A stretch of DNA of 60,485 nt from Candidatus Parcubacteria bacterium (GTDB taxonomy: Bacteria; Patescibacteriota; Saccharimonadia; Saccharimonadales; 2-12-FULL-41-12): the NCBI GenBank assembly GCA_019347895.1, contig JAHWKM010000005.1:1-60485 (forward strand), written 5' to 3'. Position 1 is the first letter of the stretch. The number at the start of each line of letters is the position of its first letter. The position numbers and the translations under genes are program-made. Below are positions 39,212-48,556 of the stretch, in pieces. The notes under the pieces were generated by a model. The model did no database searches and was not told the origin of the DNA. It worked only from the letters and a program-made list of their open reading frames with translations.

Positions 39212-40738
39212 TTATTCTTCGAATCTGAGTCTTTTAATGAGCCAATCCCTGGGTAATATACTCAAAAACCAGCCGGCTCGCGGTCCTGAATCTTTGCCGA
39301 TAATAACCCGGTATAGAGTTTGAAAAAGTTGTTTCGGCTCAAGCTCGGTTTTGTCTTTAAAGTCATAAATCGCCTTATGAAACCACTCGCCGCCAGCATT
39401 AGCCGGAGCTTTTTGTATTTTATCGGCTAAGGCCCGCAGATAATCTTTTTGGGCTTCACTAAATTGTGCCTTGTCAGAGGTTTCGTTCAAACTAAATTTA
39501 ATATCTTTTGGAGCCCACTTATCCAGCCAGTTAGCTATAAATTTTAATTCGGCTAGAATGGTTCCTGCCTCGTTTCTAGTAGCTGGGCCATATTCTGTCC
39601 TGGAAATGACTTCAATGGTTTTATTAGGGTCGCGAAGCGCTGATTGATAGCTGGCCACCAGATGACTAAAAGGTATGCTGCTGACTATAGAATCAACCCC
39701 GTTCTCGCACAGCTCAATTAGCTGTTTATCGGCTTCGTCCTTATTTTCTTTGGCTAAGAGCTCGGCGAATTCATCAATCAGTTTCGCAACGTTTTGCGGG
39801 TCAAAAAACAACAGTTTGTTAGGAGGTGATCTGAATATAAAAAATCTGGCTACTTCCGGCGGCAATACTTGCACGACGTCTCTCATTCCAATAGCATCAC
39901 CCTTGCTGGCGCTCATTTTGGTAGTTTTGCCAGCTTGGTTTATAAAATCATATGGAATTGGAAGAGGCGCAGGAGCCTTAAAGACCCTGTCCATAAGTCC
40001 TTTGCCCGTTTCATAGCTGCCGCCCTTTGTGGCGTGATCTTTCCCGAACGGTTCTATGTTTATGCCTTGAAGCCACCAGCGTGCCGGCCAATCAATCCGC
40101 CAATCCAGCTTGACCCGCCCATTTTTGTACACTGCTGTTTGTTCCTGGCCGTTTTTGTCCAGATATTTTATGGTTTTCTGGTCAACATTTATGCCCACGA
40201 AAGGCCTTTTCTTTAAACAGCCGGCTTCGTTCACTTGGATAGGCGACCAATTTTCATCCAGTTGACGTCCTGATATTTCTTCCAATACTTTTCTAACTTC
40301 CCCTATATGAGACAGGACAAGTTCTATAGCAGGAACAAAGTAGCCTTCCCGGTATTTACGATGGCTGCGGATAACTTCCATCTCAACACCTAGTGCTTCA
40401 ACGCTTTTTAAAAATGGCTTCAGGGAATAATCGGCGTAGGTTTGTCCGGAGCCGTCCGGAGCCGGCATGTCACAAAGCGGCTGGCCCAGGTACTGAGCAT
40501 ATTCTTCCGGCAAATTAGCCGGTACTTTTCGAAAACCGTCCTGGTCATCAACAAAATGTATGTGCTTGGACTTTCGGCCCCGGCGTTTTAGTTCCAGAAC
40601 TACCGCGTCACAGGTCAAAATTTCACGCAGGTAGCCCATATGGTAGTTACCCGAGGGAGAAATCCCGGATTCCACAAGAATCTCTCCCTCAGGATAGAGT
40701 TTTTCCGCCTCATCAATAATTTTATTTAACCACAGCAT
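39212..40738 (-). CDS. lysS: Lysine--tRNA ligase, class I
   Basis: SGISPSGNYHMG, WRIDWPARW, EPFGKDH, KMSASKG, GPRAG. Confidence 0.95.
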   Translation of the reverse strand: MLWLNKIIDEAEKLYPEGEILVESGISPSGNYHMGYLREILTCDAVVLELKRRGRKSKHIHFVDDQDGFRKVPANLPEEYAQYLGQPLCDMPAPDGSGQTYADYSLKPFLKSVEALGVEMEVIRSHRKYREGYFVPAIELVLSHIGEVRKVLEEISGRQLDENWSPIQVNEAGCLKKRPFVGINVDQKTIKYLDKNGQEQTAVYKNGRVKLDWRIDWPARWWLQGINIEPFGKDHATKGGSYETGKGLMDRVFKAPAPLPIPYDFINQAGKTTKMSASKGDAIGMRDVVQVLPPEVARFFIFRSPPNKLLFFDPQNVAKLIDEFAELLAKENKDEADKQLIELCENGVDSIVSSIPFSHLVASYQSALRDPNKTIEVISRTEYGPATRNEAGTILAELKFIANWLDKWAPKDIKFSLNETSDKAQFSEAQKDYLRALADKIQKAPANAGGEWFHKAIYDFKDKTELEPKQLFQTLYRVIIGKDSGPRAGWFLSILPRDWLIKRLRFEE

Positions 40739-40827
40739 GCGTCAGTCTATTATAAGATATGCGACTGCAAGAGCTGCTAAAATTGTTTAATATTTTTTAT
40801 TATAGATAAGTTTAAGGAGTTACTTAT

Positions 40828-41274
40828 ATGCAGCTAACCAGTAAAGATTTCGAAAATAATCAGGTTATGGCGGATAAATTTACCTGCCGGGGTGAAAATT
40901 GCAGTCCGCAGTTAAATATTAAGGATGTGCCGCAAGATGCGCAGAGTCTTTGTTTGATTTTGCATGACCCCGATGCTGTAGGCAGTGACTTTACGCACTG
41001 GCTGGTTTGGAATATCGATCCTAAAACTACCGTGATCGAAGAAAATAGCCTGCCTATTGGCAGCATGGAGGGAACAAACGATTTTGGTAATGCGGGTTAT
41101 GGCGGCCCCTGCCCGCCGGCCGGAACTGGCACTCACCGCTACATATTTGAACTCTACGCCCTTGATACTACCTTAAAACTATCCGATACCACTACTGAAG
41201 ACCAGCTACGCTCGGCAATAGAGTCCCCCATAATCGATCACGCGGTTTTGACCGGGCTGGTTAGCTCTGAATGA
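40828..41274 (+). CDS. YbhB/YbcL (PEBP) family protein
   Basis: HDPDA, FTHW, GYGGPCPP..HRYIF. Confidence 0.92.
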   Translation: MQLTSKDFENNQVMADKFTCRGENCSPQLNIKDVPQDAQSLCLILHDPDAVGSDFTHWLVWNIDPKTTVIEENSLPIGSMEGTNDFGNAGYGGPCPPAGTGTHRYIFELYALDTTLKLSDTTTEDQLRSAIESPIIDHAVLTGLVSSE

Positions 41275-41733
41275 CTAGCTTACTTCAGTGACTTTGTAAG
41301 TTTTAGTATCGTTGGGCGCTGGAATTTCTACGATGTCTCCGACCGCTTTGCCAAGTAAAGCCTGGCCGATTGGCGACTCGTCAGAAATTTTGCCTTCTAA
41401 CGGATCGGCTTCTACTGTCCCTACAACTGCAAATGTCTTATTGCCGCCATCACCTTTTAGCTTGACGCTGCTGCCAAGTACGACTTTGCCGCCGGATCGA
41501 GGTTTGTTTATAACTTCCGTATTCGTAAGGATATGCTCCAACTCAGAAATACGCGATTCAGTACGTTCTTGGTCTTCTTTGGCAGAATGGTATTCCGCAT
41601 TTTCCGTTAGATCACCTTGTTCACGGGCAGCTTTAATAGATTCGGCGATTTCGCCGCGGCGGGATGTAAGCGCCTCAAGCTCGGCTTGAAGTTCTTTTAT
41701 ACCTTCTTTTGTCATGTGAAACTGTTTTTTCAT
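41275..41733 (-). CDS. greA: Transcription elongation factor GreA
   Basis: GDLTENAEYHSAK, ISDESPIGQALLG. Confidence 0.96.
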   Translation of the reverse strand: MKKQFHMTKEGIKELQAELEALTSRRGEIAESIKAAREQGDLTENAEYHSAKEDQERTESRISELEHILTNTEVINKPRSGGKVVLGSSVKLKGDGGNKTFAVVGTVEADPLEGKISDESPIGQALLGKAVGDIVEIPAPNDTKTYKVTEVS

Positions 41734-41853
41734 CTGTATTCCTCCATTTTATGGCCAATTTAATACGCCTTTTGCACTTTTGGCTTCCCCGGCTTAAAGT
41801 GCAATGTGCGTGTTAAGCCTGCTTTGGATGCCTTAGATTATAGCGATCTTACG

Positions 41854-43104
41854 CTACTTCGCAAGCCTTTTTATCAACTCATCCTTTGTAATAATTTCGG
41901 CATTTTCTTCCGTGCGTTTTTGAAATTCAAAACCGCCTTTTCCTAAGCTCTTTTCACTAATCACAACGCGGCAAGGAATACCGGTTAAATCCGCGTCGGC
42001 AAATTTCTGGCCGGGCCGAATGTCCCGATCATCATACAGGACATTAATGTTTTTACTCTGTAAAAATTCGTACAGCTCTTTAGCGGTTTCTATTATTTTT
42101 GATTCGATTCCAAGAGATGCCAAATATACTTGATACGGCGCAATGTTAGCTGGCCATACCAGGCCCTTTTTATCGGCAAATTTTTCAACCAGGACACCTA
42201 TCAGTCTGGTAATACCAATGCCATATGAGCCAAGGTGTACAAACTGCGACTCGCCGGCTTCATTCGTATACTTAAAGTCCATTTCCTTACTTTTTATGGT
42301 ATCGAAATTAAATATATTGCCGACTTCCGCGGTTTTTACACGCTCCAGTTCATCACGTTTTAGCCCTAGTTTATCCACTACTTCGTCGGTAAAAACTTCT
42401 TCATTGACCGCTATTTTTTTATCCCGGCTTAGATAAACCGCGTCTTCCCCGGCCTCGCAAATGGTCTGGAACTCATGGCTAAATTCCGTAAATGCCCCGC
42501 CGCTGGCGACGGTTAAGAACGTTTCCTCACCTATACCTAACCGAGAGAATACTCTATGATAAGCTTCGATGCTTTTTTGATAAAAATCTTCATGCTGATC
42601 CGCGTCCAGGCTGCAAGAGTACATGTCTTTCATCACGAACTCCCGCCCGCGCATGACGCCGCTTTTTGCCCTGAGCTCATTGCGCAGTTTTGTTTGGAAC
42701 TGGTAGACATTGGCCGGCAAATCTTTGTAGCTTGATAAATGGTTTTTCATCATTTGGATAATCGCTTCCTCGTGCGACCAGGCCAGTCCGACTTCCGTGC
42801 CATTTTTAAGCTTCGATTTGAACCATATATCTACAATTTCATCGCTCCATCTGTCTGTTTTTTCCCAGGTTTCTCTAGATTGTAGGCTGCTCATAATCAG
42901 CTCTTGTCCGCCGATTGCATTCATCTCTTCGCGCACAATCTGCTTAATATTTTCCGCCACGGCCAGACCCAGCGGCAAATACGAATAAACCCCGGCCATT
43001 TCTTTATGGACATAGCCGGCCTGAATCAACAGCTGGGCATTACGCGCCGTCTCATCGGCCGGTACATTTTTAGACGTTTTTGTGAATAACTGCGACTGAC
43101 GCAT
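41854..43104 (-). CDS. proS: Proline--tRNA ligase (short form without editing domain)
   Basis: LLIQAGY, SHEE, RNELRAKSGVMRGREF, GSYGIGITR, DADLTG. Confidence 0.94.
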   Translation of the reverse strand: MRQSQLFTKTSKNVPADETARNAQLLIQAGYVHKEMAGVYSYLPLGLAVAENIKQIVREEMNAIGGQELIMSSLQSRETWEKTDRWSDEIVDIWFKSKLKNGTEVGLAWSHEEAIIQMMKNHLSSYKDLPANVYQFQTKLRNELRAKSGVMRGREFVMKDMYSCSLDADQHEDFYQKSIEAYHRVFSRLGIGEETFLTVASGGAFTEFSHEFQTICEAGEDAVYLSRDKKIAVNEEVFTDEVVDKLGLKRDELERVKTAEVGNIFNFDTIKSKEMDFKYTNEAGESQFVHLGSYGIGITRLIGVLVEKFADKKGLVWPANIAPYQVYLASLGIESKIIETAKELYEFLQSKNINVLYDDRDIRPGQKFADADLTGIPCRVVISEKSLGKGGFEFQKRTEENAEIITKDELIKRLAK

Positions 43105-43126
43105 TTTTATCTCCTTTGCAATTTCC

Positions 43127-43954
43127 TTATTGTACCATTCTCGTACATGCGCATTTGCCTAAAATCATATCAACTGGACTAATGCCAGAGTTTCCGTAAA
43201 TTACTTCACCGACCTTGCCGCTCTTAACCGCTTTAGCCATTGCTTTTAATTTGCTTTCAATACCTCCTGTTCCCCTTACGGATTTCATCCCAGCAAATTT
43301 TTTTAGCAGCATATCAATGTCATCTACCTTTATTTGTTCAACTACCTCATCATTATCATCTTTAAAACCATCCGTGCGCTGGCTCTGTAGAATTAAATAT
43401 TTTGCCCCTAAAACAATGGCTATGTGTGCTGCTAGCCAGTCATTGTCAGGTTCAAAATCTTTTTTTCCGTGTTCTTCGCTATTAAGGTAAGCCGCCAAAA
43501 ATTCATCAAGTTCTTCTTCGCCTGTAGCTTGATTTTCATTGATAATAGGCAAAGCTCCTCGATACAAATCATCCCGAATAGCCCTTTGAAATAAATGTCT
43601 TTCATAGGCATCATCAAGCTCATGATTAGTAGCAAGTATTTGAGTGGTTTCTACTCCGTATCTGTCGCCAGAATCACTCCATCGTTGCATCTGTCCCAAT
43701 GTGCCTCTTCTAGCCAGTTCGGCAAAAGTAAGTCTCTCGGGATCAATTCCACGATCAACACAATATTGTTTGCCCTCTACGACTGAACCTGACGCGACTT
43801 GAGCTGTAGCCGTAACTAAGCCAGACTCTCTAAGTTCAACGTTATATCCCGTTGTCCGGTCTATTTTTTCTTGGTCTGATCCAATGCCATTTTCATTAGC
43901 GAAAGAGCCTGAACCACCTTTTAAAATTCCTATTTCTAATTTTTCCAAACTCAT
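43127..43954 (-). CDS. proB: Divergent glutamate 5-kinase (no PUA domain)
   Basis: LKGGSG, VASGSV, PIINENQ, PDND, GTGGIESKL match G5K motifs. True start is MSLEK at 43954 after ggag; the gene is linked to proS and a Pro leader. Confidence 0.75.
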   Translation of the reverse strand: MSLEKLEIGILKGGSGSFANENGIGSDQEKIDRTTGYNVELRESGLVTATAQVASGSVVEGKQYCVDRGIDPERLTFAELARRGTLGQMQRWSDSGDRYGVETTQILATNHELDDAYERHLFQRAIRDDLYRGALPIINENQATGEEELDEFLAAYLNSEEHGKKDFEPDNDWLAAHIAIVLGAKYLILQSQRTDGFKDDNDEVVEQIKVDDIDMLLKKFAGMKSVRGTGGIESKLKAMAKAVKSGKVGEVIYGNSGISPVDMILGKCACTRMVQ

Positions 43955-43975
43955 AGTTTTCTCCAAAATCAGCAC

Positions 43976-44004
43976 AAACAAAAAAACGGCCCGGAGGCCG
44001 TTTT
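43976..44004 (-). terminator. Intrinsic attenuator terminator upstream of proB
   Basis: Minus strand aaaacggcc-TCCG-ggccgtttttttgttt: 9-bp stem, UNCG loop, U-tract. Confidence 0.85.
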
Positions 44005-44036
44005 GCGCTGATTTTTTAAATTTACTTAATTTTAAC

Positions 44037-44096
44037 TTAGCCTCCGGGGTTAATCGGGGCCGGCGGAACAATTAAGTTTATTTTTATAACAATCAT
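44037..44096 (-). CDS. Pro-rich leader peptide MIVIKINLIVPPAPINPGG (19 aa)
   Basis: atg att gtt ata aaa ata aac tta att gtt CCG CCG gcc CCG att aac CCC gga ggc taa; its 3' end is complementary to the downstream terminator. Confidence 0.8.
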   Translation of the reverse strand: MIVIKINLIVPPAPINPGG

Positions 44097-44139
44097 AATT
44101 ATCCATAAACATTAACATACCAAAAAGATTTTAGCAAAT

Positions 44140-44183
44140 ACAGTACCGTAAACTTGTCCGGCCGGACATAAAAATGGTACTGT
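44140..44183. terminator. Hairpin after the CPBP gene (probable terminator)
   Basis: acagtaccgt/atggtactgt arms enclosing the perfect palindrome tgtccggccggaca. Confidence 0.5.
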
Positions 44184-44198
44184 TTTTATTTTTAATTG

Positions 44199-45044
44199 TT
44201 ATTTTATATGGAAGATGAAAATACTGACGAAAGCTATGCTGTTTTTTGCAGCGTGAACTAGCATGCCGGCGTAGATGTTGCCGGTTTTCTCGCGCAGCCA
44301 GATCAAAAACATAGACAACACAAAGGTATCAATGGCAACTATCCATAACGGATGATTGCCGCTGCCTAGTTGAAGGTGGGCGAATCCGAAAATCGCGCTG
44401 GCTAATAAGGCGGCGGATACTTTGCCTAATTTTTTAACTAAACCGCCGTATAAAAAGCCGCGGATCAATATTTCTTCGGAAACAGACGGAACAATCACTA
44501 AGCTTATGAAAACCATGGCCAATGCTATCTGGCCGGCTGCTTGATCAAAACCGATCTGCTGGTCTTGCTCCACATTAATGGCCGGTACAAACGACGAGAT
44601 TACCGCTACCACGATAATCAATGAAACAAAATAAACCCCGAAAACCGGGATGGCCAGCAGCAAGTTTTTTAGGCTGGTTTTTTTAAGTCCAATATCGCTC
44701 CATTTTACGCCGCGGAGATTTAAAAAAAGCCGAAGAAGCAAGATGGTAAATATACCGACAGATAAAAAATAAAAGAATTGGGCTATCGTAGAACCACTCA
44801 GCAAAGCCACTGTTTGACTTTGGTTCAAACCCTTAGCAGCCGCATATAATCCCAACCCTACGGCGGCTATTATCTGTGAGCCAAAATATACAGCGATGGT
44901 TATTAAGATCGCGGAAATTGGTCCAAATTCTGTTAATTTCTGGGGTCGTTTTTTAAAGCCGGTTTTTTTTGCCATATTATGGCTAGGCTCAACTTCGGTA
45001 TTGTCTCTTGCCGTTTCGCTAGTTTCTTTTTTTGCGCTAGCCAT
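44199..45044 (-). CDS. CPBP (CAAX/Abi) intramembrane protease
   Basis: EEILIRG, FGFAH, HAAKN. Confidence 0.9.
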   Translation of the reverse strand: MASAKKETSETARDNTEVEPSHNMAKKTGFKKRPQKLTEFGPISAILITIAVYFGSQIIAAVGLGLYAAAKGLNQSQTVALLSGSTIAQFFYFLSVGIFTILLLRLFLNLRGVKWSDIGLKKTSLKNLLLAIPVFGVYFVSLIIVVAVISSFVPAINVEQDQQIGFDQAAGQIALAMVFISLVIVPSVSEEILIRGFLYGGLVKKLGKVSAALLASAIFGFAHLQLGSGNHPLWIVAIDTFVLSMFLIWLREKTGNIYAGMLVHAAKNSIAFVSIFIFHIK

Positions 45045-45058
45045 ATATGCCCTATTTA

Positions 45059-46165
45059 TTAGAAGAAGCGTTTAATATCAACAATCGTAATTAAAATAAT
45101 AAGTCCCATTAAAGCCACGAAGCCAGCTCCGTGAATAAGTTCTTCTGTTTCTTTTTTTAACGGCTTGTTTAAGGCTCTGAACAGTAGCAATACAAATAGC
45201 CTGCCGCCATCCAGTGCCGGTATGGGAAGGGCGTTGATTATAGCCAAAGTAAGAGAGATTATGGCGATTATAACCAGTACGAAGCTAAGTCCGATCTGGC
45301 TGCCCGCTTCTAGGATTTTGACTATGCCGACCGGGCCTGTTACTTGCTCGCTAGCCGTTTTGGTGTCGCCTTTAAACAAGCTGGAGAAAACTTTTCCCAG
45401 GCCTTCAAAAGTCAGGCCTGTAAGCTGAGCAGACAGCCCGACGCCCACGATTGGCGCCGACCAGGTGCTGCGTTGCAGCTGAACGGCGCTGGCGCCGGGT
45501 TCGGTAGCAACACCAAGGAAGCCTCCGTCATTTTCTTGGTTTAGCGCCACCTCGAGAGCCTGGCGCTTGCCATTCCTTTCGATAACTATCGGTACGGTTT
45601 GGCCGGCATTTTCTTCTGTTAAATCACCGATTTCTCCTAAGCGGCTGATCTGTGTATTATTTATTGAGACTATCCGGTCGCCTTCCTTAATTCCGGCTTG
45701 CTCGGCCGGGGAATTTTCGGTGACCTTACTGGTAAGAACTTCTATTTCTTGGATTACTTTTGTATCGCCGGCGATGGTATATTGCTTATCGACCAGCTTC
45801 GGCATGCCTAGGACAGCTAGGGCGCTAAAAAGCAAAATTGCTACCACCAAATTCATAAAAACGCCCGCCAGCATAATCTTGATCTTGGTTTTTATCGGAG
45901 CCGCGCCGAAGGTGGCCGGCCGCCTGTCTTCGTCGTTTTCACCCTTTAGCTTTACAAATCCGCCCAGCGGCAACAGGTTTATTGTGAAGAGGAACTTGCT
46001 ATTATTTGTCTTAACCTTGCGTCCCCATACTTTTGGCGGGAAACCTATGCCAAATTCCTCTACTTCAACGCCGCCGCGACGGGCCGCCAAAAAATGCCCC
46101 CACTCATGGACCACAACCAAGCCCACGAAGAGCACAAAAGCTAAAACCATTAATAATACTGTCAT
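45059..46165 (-). CDS. rseP: Site-2 (M50) RIP metalloprotease with PDZ
   Basis: HEWGH, FGIGF, NALPIPALDGG. Confidence 0.92.
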   Translation of the reverse strand: MTVLLMVLAFVLFVGLVVVHEWGHFLAARRGGVEVEEFGIGFPPKVWGRKVKTNNSKFLFTINLLPLGGFVKLKGENDEDRRPATFGAAPIKTKIKIMLAGVFMNLVVAILLFSALAVLGMPKLVDKQYTIAGDTKVIQEIEVLTSKVTENSPAEQAGIKEGDRIVSINNTQISRLGEIGDLTEENAGQTVPIVIERNGKRQALEVALNQENDGGFLGVATEPGASAVQLQRSTWSAPIVGVGLSAQLTGLTFEGLGKVFSSLFKGDTKTASEQVTGPVGIVKILEAGSQIGLSFVLVIIAIISLTLAIINALPIPALDGGRLFVLLLFRALNKPLKKETEELIHGAGFVALMGLIILITIVDIKRFF

Positions 46166-46725
46166 ATGGTGAGGATTTCTTGTTCTTTGGTTTTGGCGGT
46201 TAACTCGACTTGGGTTTTGACCTTGGTCATTAGATCATCGATTTGTTTAGCGTAGCGTTTTTGTTCGTCCTCGCCGATTTGTTTGTCTTTTTTAGCCTGG
46301 TCGATCTCGCGCATGGCTTCGTGGCGGGCATTTCTCATGGCTATCATGCATTCTTCTACTTTTATATTAAGCTGCTTTACGATTTCGCGGCGGCGCTCTT
46401 CTGTTAGCGGTGGAATTTGGACGCGGACTACCTGGCCGTCGTCGCTGGGATTCATGCCTAATGTCGGGTTGTTCCTGATGCTATCTGAAATAGATTGTAA
46501 ATTATTCGGGTCAAAGGGGCGAATTTGCAACAGCTGAGGCTCCGGCGTCGTAATTGTCGCCACCTGGATAAGCGGCATTGGCGAACCATAAGCGTCTACC
46601 TTAAGGCTTTCCAGCATATCCGGATGGGCCCGGCCGGTGCGCAGCTTTTTTAGCTCATTTTTAAAATGCTCGGCCGCCGCCTGAAATTTATTCTCCGCCT
46701 GCTTAACTGATTGCTCTGGAGTCAT
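46162..46725 (-). CDS. frr: Ribosome recycling factor
   Basis: LRTGRAHP, PPLTEERRREIVK. Confidence 0.96.
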   Translation of the reverse strand: MTPEQSVKQAENKFQAAAEHFKNELKKLRTGRAHPDMLESLKVDAYGSPMPLIQVATITTPEPQLLQIRPFDPNNLQSISDSIRNNPTLGMNPSDDGQVVRVQIPPLTEERRREIVKQLNIKVEECMIAMRNARHEAMREIDQAKKDKQIGEDEQKRYAKQIDDLMTKVKTQVELTAKTKEQEILTI

Positions 46726-46745
46726 GTTATTTAAGTTTACCCTAT

Positions 46746-47336
46746 TTACGAAACTTCGCCCAAAGCCAGGCGGCTAAATCTTTTAACTACTATATTTTCG
46801 CCTAGTTTGGCGTTATTTTCCTTTACGTATTCAGCGATTGTCTGGTCAGGATTTTTTATAAAGGGCTGGTCAAGCAGGCAGCGCTGTGCAAAATGTTTTT
46901 TTAGCATTCCTTCTACTATTTGCTCTATCATATTTTCCGGCTTGCCCTCGGCTTTTATTTTTTCGCTGAATTCCGCCTTTACCTTTTCACGCGCGTCTTC
47001 AGGCACATCATCTTGGCTTATGTATTGGGGGCTGGAGGCCGCGATATGCATCGCCAGATTTTTAACCATATCTGTGAAGATTTCATTCCTGGCTACAAAA
47101 TCAGTCTCGCAGTTAACTTCTACGACGACGCCTATTCTGCTGTCGTGGTTGTATGTGCCGATAATGCCGGCGCGTGCTTCACGTTCGCCGCGTTTTTCAG
47201 CCTTGGTCAAGCCTTTTTTGCGCATGGCCTCCAGGGCTTTGTCAAAATCACCGCCGGTTTCTTCCAGGGCTTTTTTGGCGTCCGTTATGCCTACACCGGT
47301 AAGTTCGCGCAGCCGTTTAATTTGCTCTATATCCAC
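46746..47336 (-). CDS. tsf: Elongation factor Ts (short form)
   Basis: LRELTG..DAKKAL, EVNCETDFVA. Confidence 0.96.
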   Translation of the reverse strand: MDIEQIKRLRELTGVGITDAKKALEETGGDFDKALEAMRKKGLTKAEKRGEREARAGIIGTYNHDSRIGVVVEVNCETDFVARNEIFTDMVKNLAMHIAASSPQYISQDDVPEDAREKVKAEFSEKIKAEGKPENMIEQIVEGMLKKHFAQRCLLDQPFIKNPDQTIAEYVKENNAKLGENIVVKRFSRLALGEVS

Positions 47337-48071
47337 CTAGGCCTCCTTATCAGATTTTTCTTCTTCATCTTTATCACTTGTCTTAACTTTTGATTTGCCC
47401 TCGCTAATTGCCTGTTTTACATAATCAACAATTAGCTGCACGCCTTTTATGGCGTCGTCATTGGCCGGAATCGGGTAGTCAACCAGGCTCGGGTCAGCAT
47501 TGCTGTCGACTATAGCGACCACCGGAACTTTCAGCTTTCGAGCTTCCTTGACGGCGTTGAGTTCATTGTTTACATCAATTATAAATACCGCGCCCAGCTT
47601 GCCGGACATATGTTTAATCCCGCCGTATAAATAGTTCATATGGTCGATTTCTTCCTGGTAACGCTGTACTTCAAGCTTGTTATACTTGGCGTCCAGCGCT
47701 CCGGAATCCATTTTTTGTTCCAGGTCTTTTAGATGTTTGATGCGGTCATTCATAGTGGCGGTGTTGGTCAGCATGCCGCCAACCCAACGCTCTGTCACGA
47801 AAGGCATGTTAGTTTCATCGGCTGCTTGCCTAACGATGTCTTTAGCTTGGCGCTTAGTGCCCACCAACAGAACCTGCTTGCCGGCGGCAGAGGTAGCCTC
47901 AATGAAGCTTAGAGCTTCATCCAGTTTTTTAACGGTTTTTGTCAGGTCGATTATATGGCTGCCGCCGCGTTTGCTGTGAATATAGGGCGCCATTTTAGGA
48001 TGCCAGCGGCTGGTCTTGTGCCCAAAGTGAACACCCGCCTCCAGCAGTTTTTTGATATCAACATTAGCCAT
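47337..48071 (-). CDS. rpsB: 30S ribosomal protein S2
   Basis: LEAGVHFGH, RWVGGMLTN, IPANDDA. Confidence 0.97.
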   Translation of the reverse strand: MANVDIKKLLEAGVHFGHKTSRWHPKMAPYIHSKRGGSHIIDLTKTVKKLDEALSFIEATSAAGKQVLLVGTKRQAKDIVRQAADETNMPFVTERWVGGMLTNTATMNDRIKHLKDLEQKMDSGALDAKYNKLEVQRYQEEIDHMNYLYGGIKHMSGKLGAVFIIDVNNELNAVKEARKLKVPVVAIVDSNADPSLVDYPIPANDDAIKGVQLIVDYVKQAISEGKSKVKTSDKDEEEKSDKEA

Positions 48072-48145
48072 TCGCTAATTCCTTTCGTCTTCACCGAAGG
48101 GCTCTAAACAGTGCCGAAGCGGCCGCTGAGTGAGAGGAATATTTC
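48072..48145 (-). promoter_or_regulatory. Structured rpsB 5' leader (probable S2 autoregulatory element)
   Basis: Outer pairing attcct/aggaat (48078-83 with 48135-40) covers the ribosome-binding region; inner GC hairpins. Structured rpsB leaders are widespread. Confidence 0.5.
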
Positions 48146-48225
48146 CCCGGTTGTTTAATTATTACTCTGGAACAGTATCACACCTGTTGACCTATGTCCA
48201 GGTATACGATAGAATCTATATCCTA

Positions 48226-48555
48226 ATGAAGAAAGAAATTCACGCCAAAAACTATCGGCCTGTAGTGTTCCAGGACATATCCAATGGAACGACCTTTTTG
48301 ACGCGTTCTACCGCCAAAGCGGAAGATACTATCAAGCTGGACGGAGCAGAATACCCGCTGATAAAAGTTCATATTTCCAGCGCTTCGCATCCGTTCTTTA
48401 CCGGCCAGGAGAAATTAGTCGATATCGAAGGCCGGGTTGATAAGTTCAAAGCCCGCGCCAAAGCCGCCGCCGACGCCCGCGCCAAAACCCAAGCCAAAGC
48501 TAACAAGCCCGCGGCCAAAAAAGAAGAAAAAGAAGCACCTCAAAAAATCGGCTAA
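48226..48555 (+). CDS. rpmE2: 50S ribosomal protein L31 type B with a Lys/Ala-rich tail
   Basis: [31 protein letters not shown]; no Zn-binding cysteines. Confidence 0.93.
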   Translation: MKKEIHAKNYRPVVFQDISNGTTFLTRSTAKAEDTIKLDGAEYPLIKVHISSASHPFFTGQEKLVDIEGRVDKFKARAKAAADARAKTQAKANKPAAKKEEKEAPQKIG

Positions 48556-48556
48556 T

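Noticed and set aside
43127-43954. The amino-acid-kinase-fold gene as the missing pyrH
   Set aside because: Motifs (SGSV, PIINEN, DND, GTGG..SKL), proS linkage and the Pro leader fit glutamate 5-kinase, not UMP kinase.
43955-44100. T-box riboswitch upstream of proB-proS, and the 39-codon N-terminal extension of proB (start 44071)
   Set aside because: No T-box consensus (TGGNACC) or long stem I is visible, and the leader is too short. The extension runs through the terminator and ignores the ggag RBS before 43954.
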